Shown one piece after another: positions 13,502-25,310 of a stretch of DNA of 37,666 nucleotides. Within the stretch, counting starts at the first letter, position 1. Each line of letters begins with the position of its first letter. The stretch lies in contig NC_068993.1 of NCBI RefSeq assembly GCF_001194135.2, positions 46,374,513 through 46,412,178 on the forward strand. Reading direction: 5' to 3'. Under the pieces are notes generated by a model. The model was not told where the DNA came from. It ran no database searches and was given only the letters and a program-made list of their open reading frames with translations. This stretch comes from Octopus bimaculoides. Its lineage: Eukaryota. A program made the translations under genes and the position numbers.

Positions 13502-13881
13502 AGGGGTAATGCAACACGATCGTTTCAAGCGACTCCATGACCCCATTTAATTGAACAATGTATCCATTACATCAATTTAAATGCAGAGCAATCCTCAGAG
13601 ATCCATAAATACATGGAATTAAATTAATGTAAACCAGATGGACACATTAGTATAATTTTACCGAAAACCTCTAAGCTGAAGTGAAGACAGCATGTTATTT
13701 GTCTATCTCCATACCTTCTTGGAGGTTTTAGGTAAAATTATATTAATGTGTCCATCTGTTTTAATTTAATTTAATCCTATGTATTTATGCAGCTGAGGAT
13801 TGCTCTGCATTTAAATTGATGCAATAGTTACATTGTTCAATTATATGGGGTCGCTTGAAATGATCGTACTGTATTACCTCT
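13502..13881. mobile_element. Foldback MITE-like element: ~170-bp inverted arms with a ~45-bp spacer
   Basis: 13502-13675 is the near reverse complement of 13719-13881 (e.g. CATCAATTTAAATGCAGAGCAATCCTCAG is perfect; CAGATGGACACATTA.TATAATTTTACC.AAAACCTC.AAG). No coding capacity; TSD not evident. Confidence 0.85.
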
Positions 13882-13989
13882 GGATATCCTGTTGCTTATT
13901 TTGATTTTAATCACCTTTCTCTGAAAGTGTATGGATAATACCATACTAAATTTCTGGTGCCTCAACTTAAGTACCTAATTCATCTGAAT

Positions 13990-14109
<120 letters not shown>

Positions 14110-14856
14110 TGGCGGCCGTTGTCGTCGTCATCGTGATGGTGTTGGTTGTGGCGAGAAGGGTAGTTGATAGTGATGGAGGTGGTAGTATGGTGGAGATAGT
14201 AGAGGAATGGATACTGGTAGCAATGGTGATGATAGTAATAGTAATAATGGTACCGGCGCTGGTCTTGGAAATAATGTTGGTGATGGTGCGCGTAAGGGTT
14301 CCGGGGTAAGATAAATACAGTGGTAGTGGTATATACACTGGCAGTAATACTATTCATGGCGGTTATAGTGATGATGATGATGATGATGACGGCGATAGTG
14401 AGGATGGTAGTAGCTTAACGAAGATAGAGGTGATGATGGTTCTGGGTATGATGGCTGTAGAGACATTGTCGCTGGTAATGGGGAAGTATCCTAATTATGA
14501 TGGATTTGAATTGCTTTCATATGTTTCAAGATTTGAAGAAGAGAGATGGGTTGAAAAACGTTGAATAGACGTTAAATAGAAAACGAATAGTCCAAAATAG
14601 AAATAACTAAAAGTACGTATAACCACACATACATAATGCACATACAAGAATATATGCGTGTGTGTGTGTGTGTGTTGTGTATGTGTGGAAGCACCCATAC
14701 AAAACAGCATATATAGATGAATTAATATATATATGTACATGCATATACAAATACATACACACACACACACATATATATACACCGGTATATGTATGTATGT
14801 ATGTATGTAGGTAGGTAGGTAGGTAGGTAGGTAGGTAGGTAGGTAGGTAGGTAGGC

Positions 14857-14915
<59 letters not shown>

Positions 14916-15084
14916 CTAAGAAGTACTTGAGTTTATTTGGATTATAATCTCATAATTTACGACAAAGGTAAGTGCATCACTGTCTGTCTATATATATATA
15001 GATACGTGATACACATGCAAATATCGATACGTACATCTTATATGTCTTTCTACGTGTGTATATATATATATATATATACATATA

Positions 15085-15483
15085 CTCTTTACTCTCTTTT
15101 ACTTGTCTCAATCATTTGACTGCAGCCATGCTGGAGCACCGCCTTTAGTCGAGCAAATCGACGCCAGGACTTATTCTGTGTAAGCTTAGTACATATTCGA
15201 TCGGTCTCGTTTGCCGAACCGCTAGTTTACCGGGACGCAAACACACCACCATCGGTTGTCAAGCGATGTTGAGGGACACAAACATAGACACACAAACATA
15301 TACACACACATACATATATACGACGAGCTTCTTTCAGTTTCCGTCTACCAAATCCACTCACAAGGCGTTGGTCGGCCCGAGGCTATAGTAGAAGTCACTT
15401 GCCCAAGTTACCACGCAGTCGGAATGAAACCGGAACCATGTGGTTGGTAAGTAAGCTACTTACCACACAGCCACTCCTGCGCC
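15085..15483 (-). mobile_element. SINE family A, full length
   Basis: Starts GGCGCAGGAGTGGCTGTGTGGTAAGTAGC (reverse complement) and ends in a (TAAAAGAG)-type tail. Confidence 0.92.
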
Positions 15484-15528
15484 TAAATATATATTTTAGC
15501 AATATAGATATATTTATATATGTATATT

Positions 15529-15567
<39 letters not shown>

Positions 15568-16296
15568 CAATTTGCATATATTCATAAATATCTACATATA
15601 TACACACGAGTATCCATATATTTATGTCGGTGTCGTATGCTTTCATNNNNNNNNNNNNNNNNNNNNNNNNNNNNNNNNNNNNNNNNNNNNNNNNNNNNNN
15701 NNNNNNNNNNNNNNNNNNNNNNNNNNNNNNNNNNNNNNNNNNNNNNNNNNNNNNNNNNNNNNNNNNNNNNNNNNNNNNNNNNNNNNNNNNNNNNNNNNNN
15801 NNNNNNNNNNNNNNNNNNNNNNNNNNNNNNNNNNNNNNNNNNNNNNNNNNNNNNNNNNNNNNNNNNNNNNNNNNNNNNNNNNNNNNNNNNNNNNNNNNNN
15901 NNNNNNNNNNNNNNNNNNNNNNNNNNNNNNNNNNNNNNNNNNNNNNNNNNNNNNNNNNNNNNNNNNNNNNNNNNNNNNNNNNNNNNNNNNNNNNNNNNNN
16001 NNNNNNNNNNNNNNNNNNNNNNNNNNNNNNNNNNNNNNNNNNNNNNNNNNNNNNNNNNNNNNNNNNNNNNNNNNNNNNNNNNNNNNNNNNNNNNNNNNNN
16101 NNNNNNNNNNNNNNNNNNNNNNNNNNNNNNNNNNNNNNNNNNNNNNNNNNNNNNNNNNNNNNNNNNNNNNNNNNNNNNNNNNNNNNNNNNNNNNNNNNNN
16201 NNNNNNNNNNNNNNNNNNNNNNNNNNNNNNNNNNNNNNNNNNNNNNNNNNNNNNNNNNNNNNNNNNNNNNNNNNNNNNNNNNNNNNNNNNNNNNNN

Positions 16297-16404
16297 CTTA
16301 TTTTATCGGTTCTTTTGCCGAACCGCTAAGTGACGGGGACATAAACACACCAGCATCGGTTGACAAGCTATGTTGGGGGGACAAACACAGACGCACAAAC
16401 ATAT

Positions 16405-16441
<37 letters not shown>

Positions 16442-16601
16442 CGACGGGCTTCTTTCAGTTTCCGTCTACCAAATACACTCACAAGGCCTTGGTCGGCCCG
16501 AGGCTACAATAGAAGACACTTGCCCAAGTGCCACGCAGTGGGACTGAACCCGGAACCATGTGGCTGGTAAGCAAGCTACTTACCACACAGTCACTCCTAC
16601 G
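16297..16601 (-). mobile_element. SINE family A (3' end lost in gap)
   Basis: High similarity to 15190-15483. Confidence 0.9.
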
Positions 16602-16631
16602 GCTTATATCTATATATATTTATATATATGC

Positions 16632-16986
16632 CCGTGTCTTCTACTATAGTCTCGGGCCGAGCAAAAACATGTGTGTGAATTTGGTAGACGGAAACTGAAC
16701 GATGGCTGTTATATATGTGTGTGTGTCTGTGTAGTGTGTGTATGTGTGTGTATTTATGTGCGTGTGTATATCTATGTATGTGTTTCTTTGTGTCGGTGTT
16801 TGTCCCTCCATCACCGCTTGACAATTGGTGTGGGTGTATTTACATCACTGTAACCCAGAGTTTCTACAAAAGTGACGGATAGAGTATGCACTAGGCTTAA
16901 GAAATAAGTCTTGGGGTTGATTTGTTCGGTGCCCCAACATGACTGCAGTCAAATGACCGAAACAAGTAAAAGAAGAAAAGAAGAAA
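16632..16986 (+). mobile_element. SINE family A, headless and more diverged copy
   Basis: GTGTCTTCTACTATAG...TTTGGTAGACGGAAACTGAA...GCAGTCAAATGACCGAAACAAGTAAAAGAAG. Confidence 0.85.
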
Positions 16987-17004
16987 ATGACATCTGTATA
17001 TATA

Positions 17005-17110
17005 CAGAGTGAGGACGATATTTGTGGACAGATTTATGCTTTAAAAAAACGTTTATATAATAACAGAAAAAAACTGTATTTTTATATATGCACTTCTCCT
17101 TGCAGCCCTG
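17005..17110. mobile_element. 106-bp TA-flanked mini derivative of the maT-like family
   Basis: Left 34 nt match the 9013 terminus at 29/34; flanked by TA on both sides; right end reads CAGGG on the reverse complement. Confidence 0.55.
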
Positions 17111-17150
17111 TATAAAATCTATTGGTTTCCTAATAAGAAACCATTAATAT

Positions 17151-17185
<35 letters not shown>

Positions 17186-18174
17186 GACTANNNNNNNNNN
17201 NNNNNNNNNNNNNNNNNNNNNNNNNNNNNNNNNNNNNNNNNNNNNNNNNNNNNNNNNNNNNNNNNNNNNNNNNNNNNNNNNNNNNNNNNNNNNNNNNNNN
17301 NNNNNNNNNNNNNNNNNNNNNNNNNNNNNNNNNNNNNNNNNNNNNNNNNNNNNNNNNNNNNNNNNNNNNNNNNNNNNNNNNNNNNNNNNNNNNNNNNNNN
17401 NNNNNNNNNNNNNNNNNNNNNNNNNNNNNNNNNNNNNNNNNNNNNNNNNNNNNNNNNNNNNNNNNNNNNNNNNNNNNNNNNNNNNNNNNNNNNNNNNNNN
17501 NNNNNNNNNNNNNNNNNNNNNNNNNNNNNNNNNNNNNNNNNNNNNNNNNNNNNNNNNNNNNNNNNNNNNNNNNNNNNNNNNNNNNNNNNNNNNNNNNNNN
17601 NNNNNNNNNNNNNNNNNNNNNNNNNNNNNNNNNNNNNNNNNNNNNNNNNNNNNNNNNNNNNNNNNNNNNNNNNNNNNNNNNNNNNNNNNNNNNNNNNNNN
17701 NNNNNNNNNNNNNNNNNNNNNNNNNNNNNNNNNNNNNNNNNNNNNNNNNNNNNNNNNNNNNNNNNNNNNNNNNNNNNNNNNNNNNNNNNNNNNNNNNNNN
17801 NNNNNNNNNNNNNNNNNNNNNNNNNNNNNNNNNNNNNNNNNNNNNNNNNNNNNNNNNNNNNNNNNNNNNNNNNNNNNNNNNNNNNNNNNNNNNNNNNNNN
17901 NNNNNNNNNNNNNNNNNNNNNNNNNNNNNNNNNNNNNNNNNNNNNNNNNNNNNNNNNNNNNNNNNNNNNNNNNNNNNNNNNNNNNNNNNNNNNNNNNNNN
18001 NNNNNNNNNNNNNNNNNNNNNNNNNNNNNNNNNNNNNNNNNNNNNNNATATATATATATATATACATATAAATACTTACCTTTATACATATATACCTACA
18101 CAGACACACACGCACACATATATGTATGTATGCGTAAACAATCAACGCGAATATGAAACGGTTACCATGTGACA

Positions 18175-18249
18175 AGTTGAGGCAATCATCATCATCATCA
18201 TCATCTGATGATGATGATGATGCCGATGATGATGATGACTGCCTCATCT
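18175..18249. repeat. Short inverted repeat built from (ATC)n/(GAT)n with unique TGAGGCA/TGCCTCA clamps
   Basis: AGTTGAGGCAATCATCATC...GATGATGACTGCCTCATCT read directly from the sequence. Confidence 0.85.
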
Positions 18250-18423
18250 TTTCAGCTGATAGCTGTCTGATATTCACTTTGGTTGTTTTGATTTACTTTC
18301 ATCCTTGCATGTGCGCTGATATGACTTCTCATGCCAGACATCAATTGCCATAGGACTTTATAAAACACAAGGCGGATCAAGAACTGAAATATGTCATTGG
18401 ATTTGAATGTACAACTCTACTTC

Positions 18424-18427
<4 letters not shown>

Positions 18428-18505
<78 letters not shown>
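18428..18505. repeat. (TC)n microsatellite
   Basis: Read directly from the sequence. Confidence 0.97.
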
Positions 18506-18510
<5 letters not shown>

Positions 18511-19109
18511 TCCCTCTGTCGCCATGGTACAGTCTAATGACAAGCACTGCAACGTGACTGATGTTATTTTGACTGCAAGTTTTTTGTCAAAGTATTGTCC
18601 TCCTAGAATAGCTGCCTACAGAAACCTCCCCTATTGCTGGAAAATTCCATTTGAACTCTAGATGTAATCCTGACAGATATTACTGTTCCTGCTCAGAGTG
18701 AACCTGGGAATAATGGTAATTAGCGAGTGACTTCACGCTCCCAACAAATCCAGGACAGCATAACTGGTACCTCGCTCTTGGATACAGTTTAATGTAATAG
18801 TTATCGCTACTTGAACGCGGATATTCCGTTAGAACAAATTATACTGCAGTAGTGACCACGAGAGAAACTCTCATATTGGCTTTTGGCGCGAAATGAGCGG
18901 GGAGATATATCGCCACCACGTCCAGCACCGAATCCACCAGATCACATGGTAGCGACTTTTCTTTAGTCTTGTCAATAATGGACGCTCGACCGCTAGAGAT
19001 GGCAGTGATTCATATCTCCGCCGACAATACATAGACTAACAGTGCCAGAACAGGCGCTGGTAACGTGATTAACCAGTGAGCTTCTTAAAAAAATTGTTAA
19101 CGACAGTAG

Positions 19110-19290
19110 CAGTATTAATAACCTTTCTACTAAATGCACAAGGCCTGAAATTTAGGGGAGGGGGTAATCAATTAAATCGACCCCCCAGTACGACCCCCAA
19201 TACTCAACATCCTCGAAAGGATGAAAGGCAAAGTCTACCTCGGCAGAATTTGAACTCAGAACGTAGCCACATGCGAAATACTCCGCCTTA
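19110..19290 (-). mobile_element. SINE family B
   Basis: Reverse complement contains TTCTGAGTTCAAATTCTGCCGAGGTAGACTTTGCCTTTCATCCTTTCGAGG...TGGGGGTCGATTTAATTG. Confidence 0.8.
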
Positions 19291-20189
19291 GAAGCAATAT
19301 GAATATGGCGAGGTAATATTTGTCTCCACGTAAAGGTGGATGTGCTCTTAGAACAACTAAACTGCGGTTGCTATCACGAGAGAAACTTTCACATTTGCTT
19401 TTGGTGCAAAATGCACTCTTATTTATATATCTGCCGAGGAGATAAACACGGCCACCTCCAGCGCAGGCAACTAGATCAATTACGCTCTTATCAATTATGG
19501 GCGCTCGAGAACTAGAGACAGCAGAGATCTGTCTTCCCGCCTGAGGTATATAGAATAATAGTATCAGAACAGGTGCCGGAGTCATGATTAGTGACTAGAT
19601 TAGTGATTAGAAGAATGAATAATATATATTACTTATCTTGTTCTAATAATTTGACCTTAAATACGGATCTTATGTCAGAAGCACTGTTTACAAAATGAAC
19701 ACTTGCTTTAAAAAGTAGATTTATGCAACTGTCTTTATCAGAAATCGTCTGGAGAAACATGTCATTAAAAATATTAGAAAAAAATTTGGAAATTTAAGGC
19801 TTAAAGTAGCTAGCCTTTCTAAATAGAAGAAGGGTTCAGTATATATACCAAGTACAAGCAAATTATGAGATAAATTGTTCCCTTGAATAAATGCAAGCAA
19901 TTTTTGCAAGTGCCGCATACTTCCTTTCCAATGTTAACGTTTAAGGATTAACCGACAGACAATGATAAAATTTAATACTAAGTAACAGAGGAGTAAAACG
20001 TGTATTATAAGATACAGTATTGTGACAAAAATATGTTGTAAAGCACAATGGAAAACTAATGTGAATAGCTAGGAAGCACGTAAAAGCTGTTTTCTCTCTG
20101 CCTAACAGAGGTTAATACAATGATAAAGCGATGGTAAGAAATGTTTCTAGATGACAAGCATGTCAAAAACTTAAAAGTGAGAACACTAT

Positions 20190-20300
20190 ACTACTTCGAT
20201 CCCTGTACTCGACTAATATTTTATTCCTTTTTTTATCGAAAACACGAAGAAGAAATGTAAAGTAGACCGCGGAGTTATTTGAACTAAGAATCTACGTTCT
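20190..20300 (-). mobile_element. SINE family B, old degenerate copy
   Basis: AAATGTAAAGTAGACCGCGGAGTTATTTGAACTAAGAA is a diverged match to the 19225-19262 segment. Confidence 0.5.
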
Positions 20301-20845
20301 TACAGTTGTAACAGTTAAAACTGAGAATTATATCTAACTTTTTAATGATGCTGGCATATAATAATGAAAAAGATATATTTCAATAATAGTAATAATATTA
20401 CTGATAACGATGGCAAATGTGTTAAAATAGTTATTGTAGTGTGCAATCAAGTTTAATGTGCTCTTCATTACTTTATGAAGAAAAAAAAACAGACAGCTGT
20501 CTCAACATGTAGTTCTCGAAATCATTGAAACAAACCAAGTCATTAAATCGAAGACAGAAAAATATTGAAATAAAATTAAGACCAGAAACAAAATTTATAG
20601 TCAAACTAAAAAATAATTACTTTGATAATAAAAAAAAACATTGCGCGTGTGTATGTGTGTGTATATATATGCATGCATACATATATTTATGCATTGTACC
20701 ATAAAAATTATCATATATATAAAAACATACTCATATATGCAAAGACACACACATACATATATATTTACATGTATATGTATGTGTATGTAGGCATATGTGT
20801 ATGTATGTGTGTACATTATATATGTATGTATATGTATGTGTGTAA

Positions 20846-20884
<39 letters not shown>

Positions 20885-22731
20885 CATAAATATATAGGGA
20901 TTGACAGTAACCTGCTTCTCCAACATACTGAGAATTCAGAAATAGCAGTCAAAGAACTACTGATTTCAAAACTACAAATTATTACTCCAGATTGATAGCG
21001 ATATTTCTGATACACACAGAACAAAAAACAATAGAGAAGAGTAAAAAACACTTGCCTTTTAGTTAATTTAGTACAATTGTTTCACAGTTAAGAGTACATA
21101 ATACTCTATTCTGATCTTCAGCTAAATATTCTAATAAATNNNNNNNNNNNNNNNNNNNNNNNNNNNNNNNNNNNNNNNNNNNNNNNNNNNNNNNNNNNNN
21201 NNNNNNNNNNNNNNNNNNNNNNNNNNNNNNNNNNNNNNNNNNNNNNNNNNNNNNNNNNNNNNNNNNNNNNNNNNNNNNNNNNNNNNNNNNNNNNNNNNNN
21301 NNNNNNNNNNNNNNNNNNNNNNNNNNNNNNNNNNNNNNNNNNNNNNNNNNNNNNNNNNNNNNNNNNNNNNNNNNNNNNNNNNNNNNNNNNNNNNNNNNNN
21401 NNNNNNNNNNNNNNNNNNNNNNNNNNNNNNNNNNNNNNNNNNNNNNNNNNNNNNNNNNNNNNNNNNNNNNNNNNNNNNNNNNNNNNNNNNNNNNNNNNNN
21501 NNNNNNNNNNNNNNNNNNNNNNNNNNNNNNNNNNNNNNNNNNNNNNNNNNNNNNNNNNNNNNNNNNNNNNNNNNNNNNNNNNNNNNNNNNNNNNNNNNNN
21601 NNNNNNNNNNNNNNNNNNNNNNNNNNNNNNNNNNNNNNNNNNNNNNNNNNNNNNNNNNNNNNNNNNNNNNNNNNNNNNNNNNNNNNNNNNNNNNNNNNNN
21701 NNNNNNNNNNNNNNNNNNNNNNNNNNNNNNNNNNNNNNNNNNNNNNNNNNNNNNNNNNNNNNNNNNNNNNNNNNNNNNNNNNNNNNNNNNNNNNNNNNNN
21801 NNNNNNNNNNNNNNNNNNNNNNNNNNNNNNNNNNNNNNNNNNNNNNNNNNNNNNNNNNNNNNNNNNNNNNNNNNNNNNNNNNNNNNNNNNNNNNNNNNNN
21901 NNNNNNNNNNNNNNNNNNNNNNNNNNNNNNNNNNNNNNNNNNNNNNNNNNNNNNNNNNNNNNNNNNNNNNNNNNNNNNNNNNNNNNNNNNNNNNNNNNNN
22001 NNNNNNNNNNNNNNNNNNNNNNNNNNNNNNNNNNNNNNNNNNNNNNNNNNNNNNNNNNNNNNNTATATATATATATATATATTCTTGTTTGCAAACAAAA
22101 CGGGAGTTGAAAGTATTAAACACGTGATGTATATTACTGATTTAAAATCAATTTCTTTCCAATGTTTTTGCTCAAGTTTCACACCGTGTGATCTTCAAGC
22201 AAGAACGATGGCTATTTGTGTCCATGTATACGTTGGAATAGTTTAATTATTATTATTATTATTATTTTGCGGGTAAAGATACCCTTCTCAACAGTTGCTT
22301 TTTATTTTATTTGGCTACGTCGTATTTTGCTTTATTTATTTGAAAGCATTGTCTGTTTGTAATGGGTTTTGTTGTTTGGTTTGCAATATTTTTTGATTTC
22401 TTGATTATTATTAGGTCATTGACTATAGTTATCATTGTGTCATTTGCTAATTTGTTTGCACCACGTTATATAGTCACGTTTGTTGCGGTTTATCTATATG
22501 TCATTTTGATATTTTACATTTTTTTTTTTTTTTGTGAGCTGGGACTCGATTGATTCCATGCAACTATAAATCTAATATCCTGCTATTTCTGATTTTGGTT
22601 TGAATATTTTATTTCCTTTTGCATTTATTTCCTTGTTTGCCAGTGACAGTGTTTCGGATATCCTGTTGGCTCCAGCTCATTTCTTTTTATGTTGTTTTGG
22701 TGTTTTTCATATTCAGAATATTAAACTCTAA

Positions 22732-22953
22732 GGTGGTGAGGTGGCAGAACCGTTAGCACACTGGGGAAAATATTCAGTGACATTTCGTCCGTCCTTAAAT
22801 TCTGAGTTCGAATTCCGCCGAGGTCAAATTACCTTTCATCCTTTCGGAGTCGATAAAAGAAATACCAGTTGAAGGTTGGGGTTCGATATAATCGATTTAC
22901 CCGCACCCTCAGAATTGCTGGCATTGTGCCAAGATGTGAAACCATCTTATTAA
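22732..22953 (+). mobile_element. tRNA-derived SINE, family B (full length)
   Basis: Head GGTGGTGAGGTGGCAGAACCGTTAGC, B-box GAGTTCGAATTCC (22804-22816), body CGCCGAGGTCAAATTACCTTTCATCCTTTCGGAGTCGATAAA. Confidence 0.85.
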
Positions 22954-23972
22954 GTCATTTCTAATTTTGTAATATTGTTTGGTGTTTATAATATTTTCGC
23001 TACGTTTTCAAATTTAACTGTGCAACATGTATCAATTAAACAATAACAAAATAATAAACAATTTTTGCAAAATAATTTATTCAGCATGTAAAACATTTAA
23101 TCAAGATAAGTAACAACCAAATGTAGACAAATTAAGTAGATTAGAAAGTCGGTTGCTAGTTGCCAACCAGCCATAACTTAAGGCGAGAAACTCTTTCGGA
23201 AAAGTAATTTTAATCATAATTATCATGAACACATATAAGTAAATTGTAAAACAGAACTGAATCAGAATTAGATATGTAGGCTATAATAATGAGAAGAAAC
23301 ATTGAAGCAAATCTCTATAGAAAGGAAAATTCAAAAACAACCAAACGACATATATATGAATAACTGCAAAATCGTAGTGAAAACGATGAATAAGAAAATC
23401 ATACTGCGAAATCTCTAATAAAATGAAAGCAACAAAACTGCATTCGAAACACCTTCCCATCCACAAAAGAAAACAATAGCTATAGAGCATAACTTTGAAA
23501 AGAACCAACAAGATTGAGCTCAAAACAAGTTCTACTAAATGAGCGAACCAACTCTAATCTATGTCAAAATACGCCCGAACAAATAGTAAGAAAATGTTGT
23601 CGATTGGAAATCGCTGTGGTGTGAATTGTCTGGAGGAACAGAATTTCAATATATACACACATACACATAAATATATATAAAGATATATATATATGTGTGT
23701 ATGTGAGTATGTGTGTGTGTCTATGTTTGTGTGTGCGTATGTTTGTGTGCGTATGCGTATACATACAAGCAAACATTAATTAATCACTAATCATTTAGTA
23801 ACGAAACATTTGTATGAGTGTATGTGTGTATAAGAGTATATATGTATATATATATATGTCTTTTTTGCCTGATTTGATCTAGTTTCAGCTCATGAGGTGT
23901 GACCATGCTAGGGCTTCACCACTTGGTATTGCTACATAATTTTAGTTCATTAATTCTTTTTAGAAATTGACG

Positions 23973-24010
<38 letters not shown>

Positions 24011-24036
24011 CACACATATATATATATACGGATGTG

Positions 24037-24111
<75 letters not shown>

Positions 24112-25059
24112 GTGGATGTATATGCACACTTATATATATGGATATATATGCATACATTCATACATATATAAATATATTTATATATATATATGCATATATT
24201 CATATATGTATACATTTATATATATCTACATATATAAATGTCTGTGTGTGTGTGTCTCTATATATGTGTGTGTGTATGTGTGTGAGTATGCCTGTACGTA
24301 GATAGATATAGACAGACGGGTAGAGATAAGTAATTTTTATTGCTTCTTTGCCGTTTAATAAATCGTTGTGCTTGTTTAGATATCAAAAAACCTGCATATT
24401 AAGACATTTTTCTTTCCTTTTCTTCTGTAAATTTACAAATTCTAATAACTGTTTCCAGTTTGTACGATAATTAATGGAACGAGGTTGGTGGAGAACAACA
24501 TTAATAGTGATTATAAATATCATAACGAGTCTTGTTTTGTCTTCCATGTCATATTTGTTTATTTTGACCTCAACAGAAGATTAATATTCTTTCCTGTATG
24601 TGATTCTGCGGGGACTTTTTTGTTCAAAAATTGTATAATTATTACACTGCTAATATGTGTGTGCGTTGGTGTATGTGTGTGTGTGCGCCCGTTTGTGTGT
24701 GTGTGCGCCCGTTTGTGTGTGTGTGCGTGTGTGTATGTGTATGTATGTGTATGTATACATGTATGTATAAGTGTGTGTGTGTGTGTTCGTGTGCGCATGT
24801 GTTTATATTTTCAGTCGACAAAAAATTAGAAAACTGCTTTAAGGACTGAATTTTATTTAAGTACTCTGTATATATGTGTGTGTGTATATATGTATGTGTA
24901 TATTTATGTATGTATGTATGCATGTATGTATGTATGTATGTATGTATGTATGTAGGTATGTGTGTATATATGCTACTTACTTCAGTCAGTGGAATGAAGT
25001 CATGCTGGGTTATTGTCTCGAAGGGTTTTAGTCGAGCGAGTTACCCCCATTACTTATGT

Positions 25060-25310
25060 TTTTTTTTTTAAGCCTGGTGCCTATTATCTCACTGTCTTAT
25101 GTCGATCCGCTAGATTAAGGGAAACTGAAATACCAACATCGATTGTCCAGGAGGTGGTGGAATCCAAACACGTGCACAGTCCCAGACACACTCACATTTG
25201 CGACGGACTTTATCCTGTTTCCCTCTACATATTCACGCAGAATGTTTTCTCCCGCTAGGAGTTATAGAAGACCATTGCCCATAGTGCCACGTATATGATT
25301 GCCGAGCGCA
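25060..25310 (-). mobile_element. SINE family A, old degenerate copy
   Basis: TATAGAAGACCATTGCCCATAGTGCCACG and CGACGGACTTTATCCTGTTTCC align to the reverse complement of the family A core. Confidence 0.6.

Noticed and set aside
22640-22690. Minus-strand CCGAAACACUGUC half-hammerhead
   Set aside because: No CUGANGA or stem I partner upstream.
22605-22731. Hydrophobic frame LQLISFYVVLVFFIFRILNSK as the missing TM1 exon
   Set aside because: The donor would be phase 0 (phase 2 is needed), the GT is the SINE B head, and the FNxxxR motif is absent.
23868-23925. Hammerhead-like GUGGUGA...GAAACUAGAUC on the minus strand
   Set aside because: Two core mismatches, an extra base before UC and no stem I.
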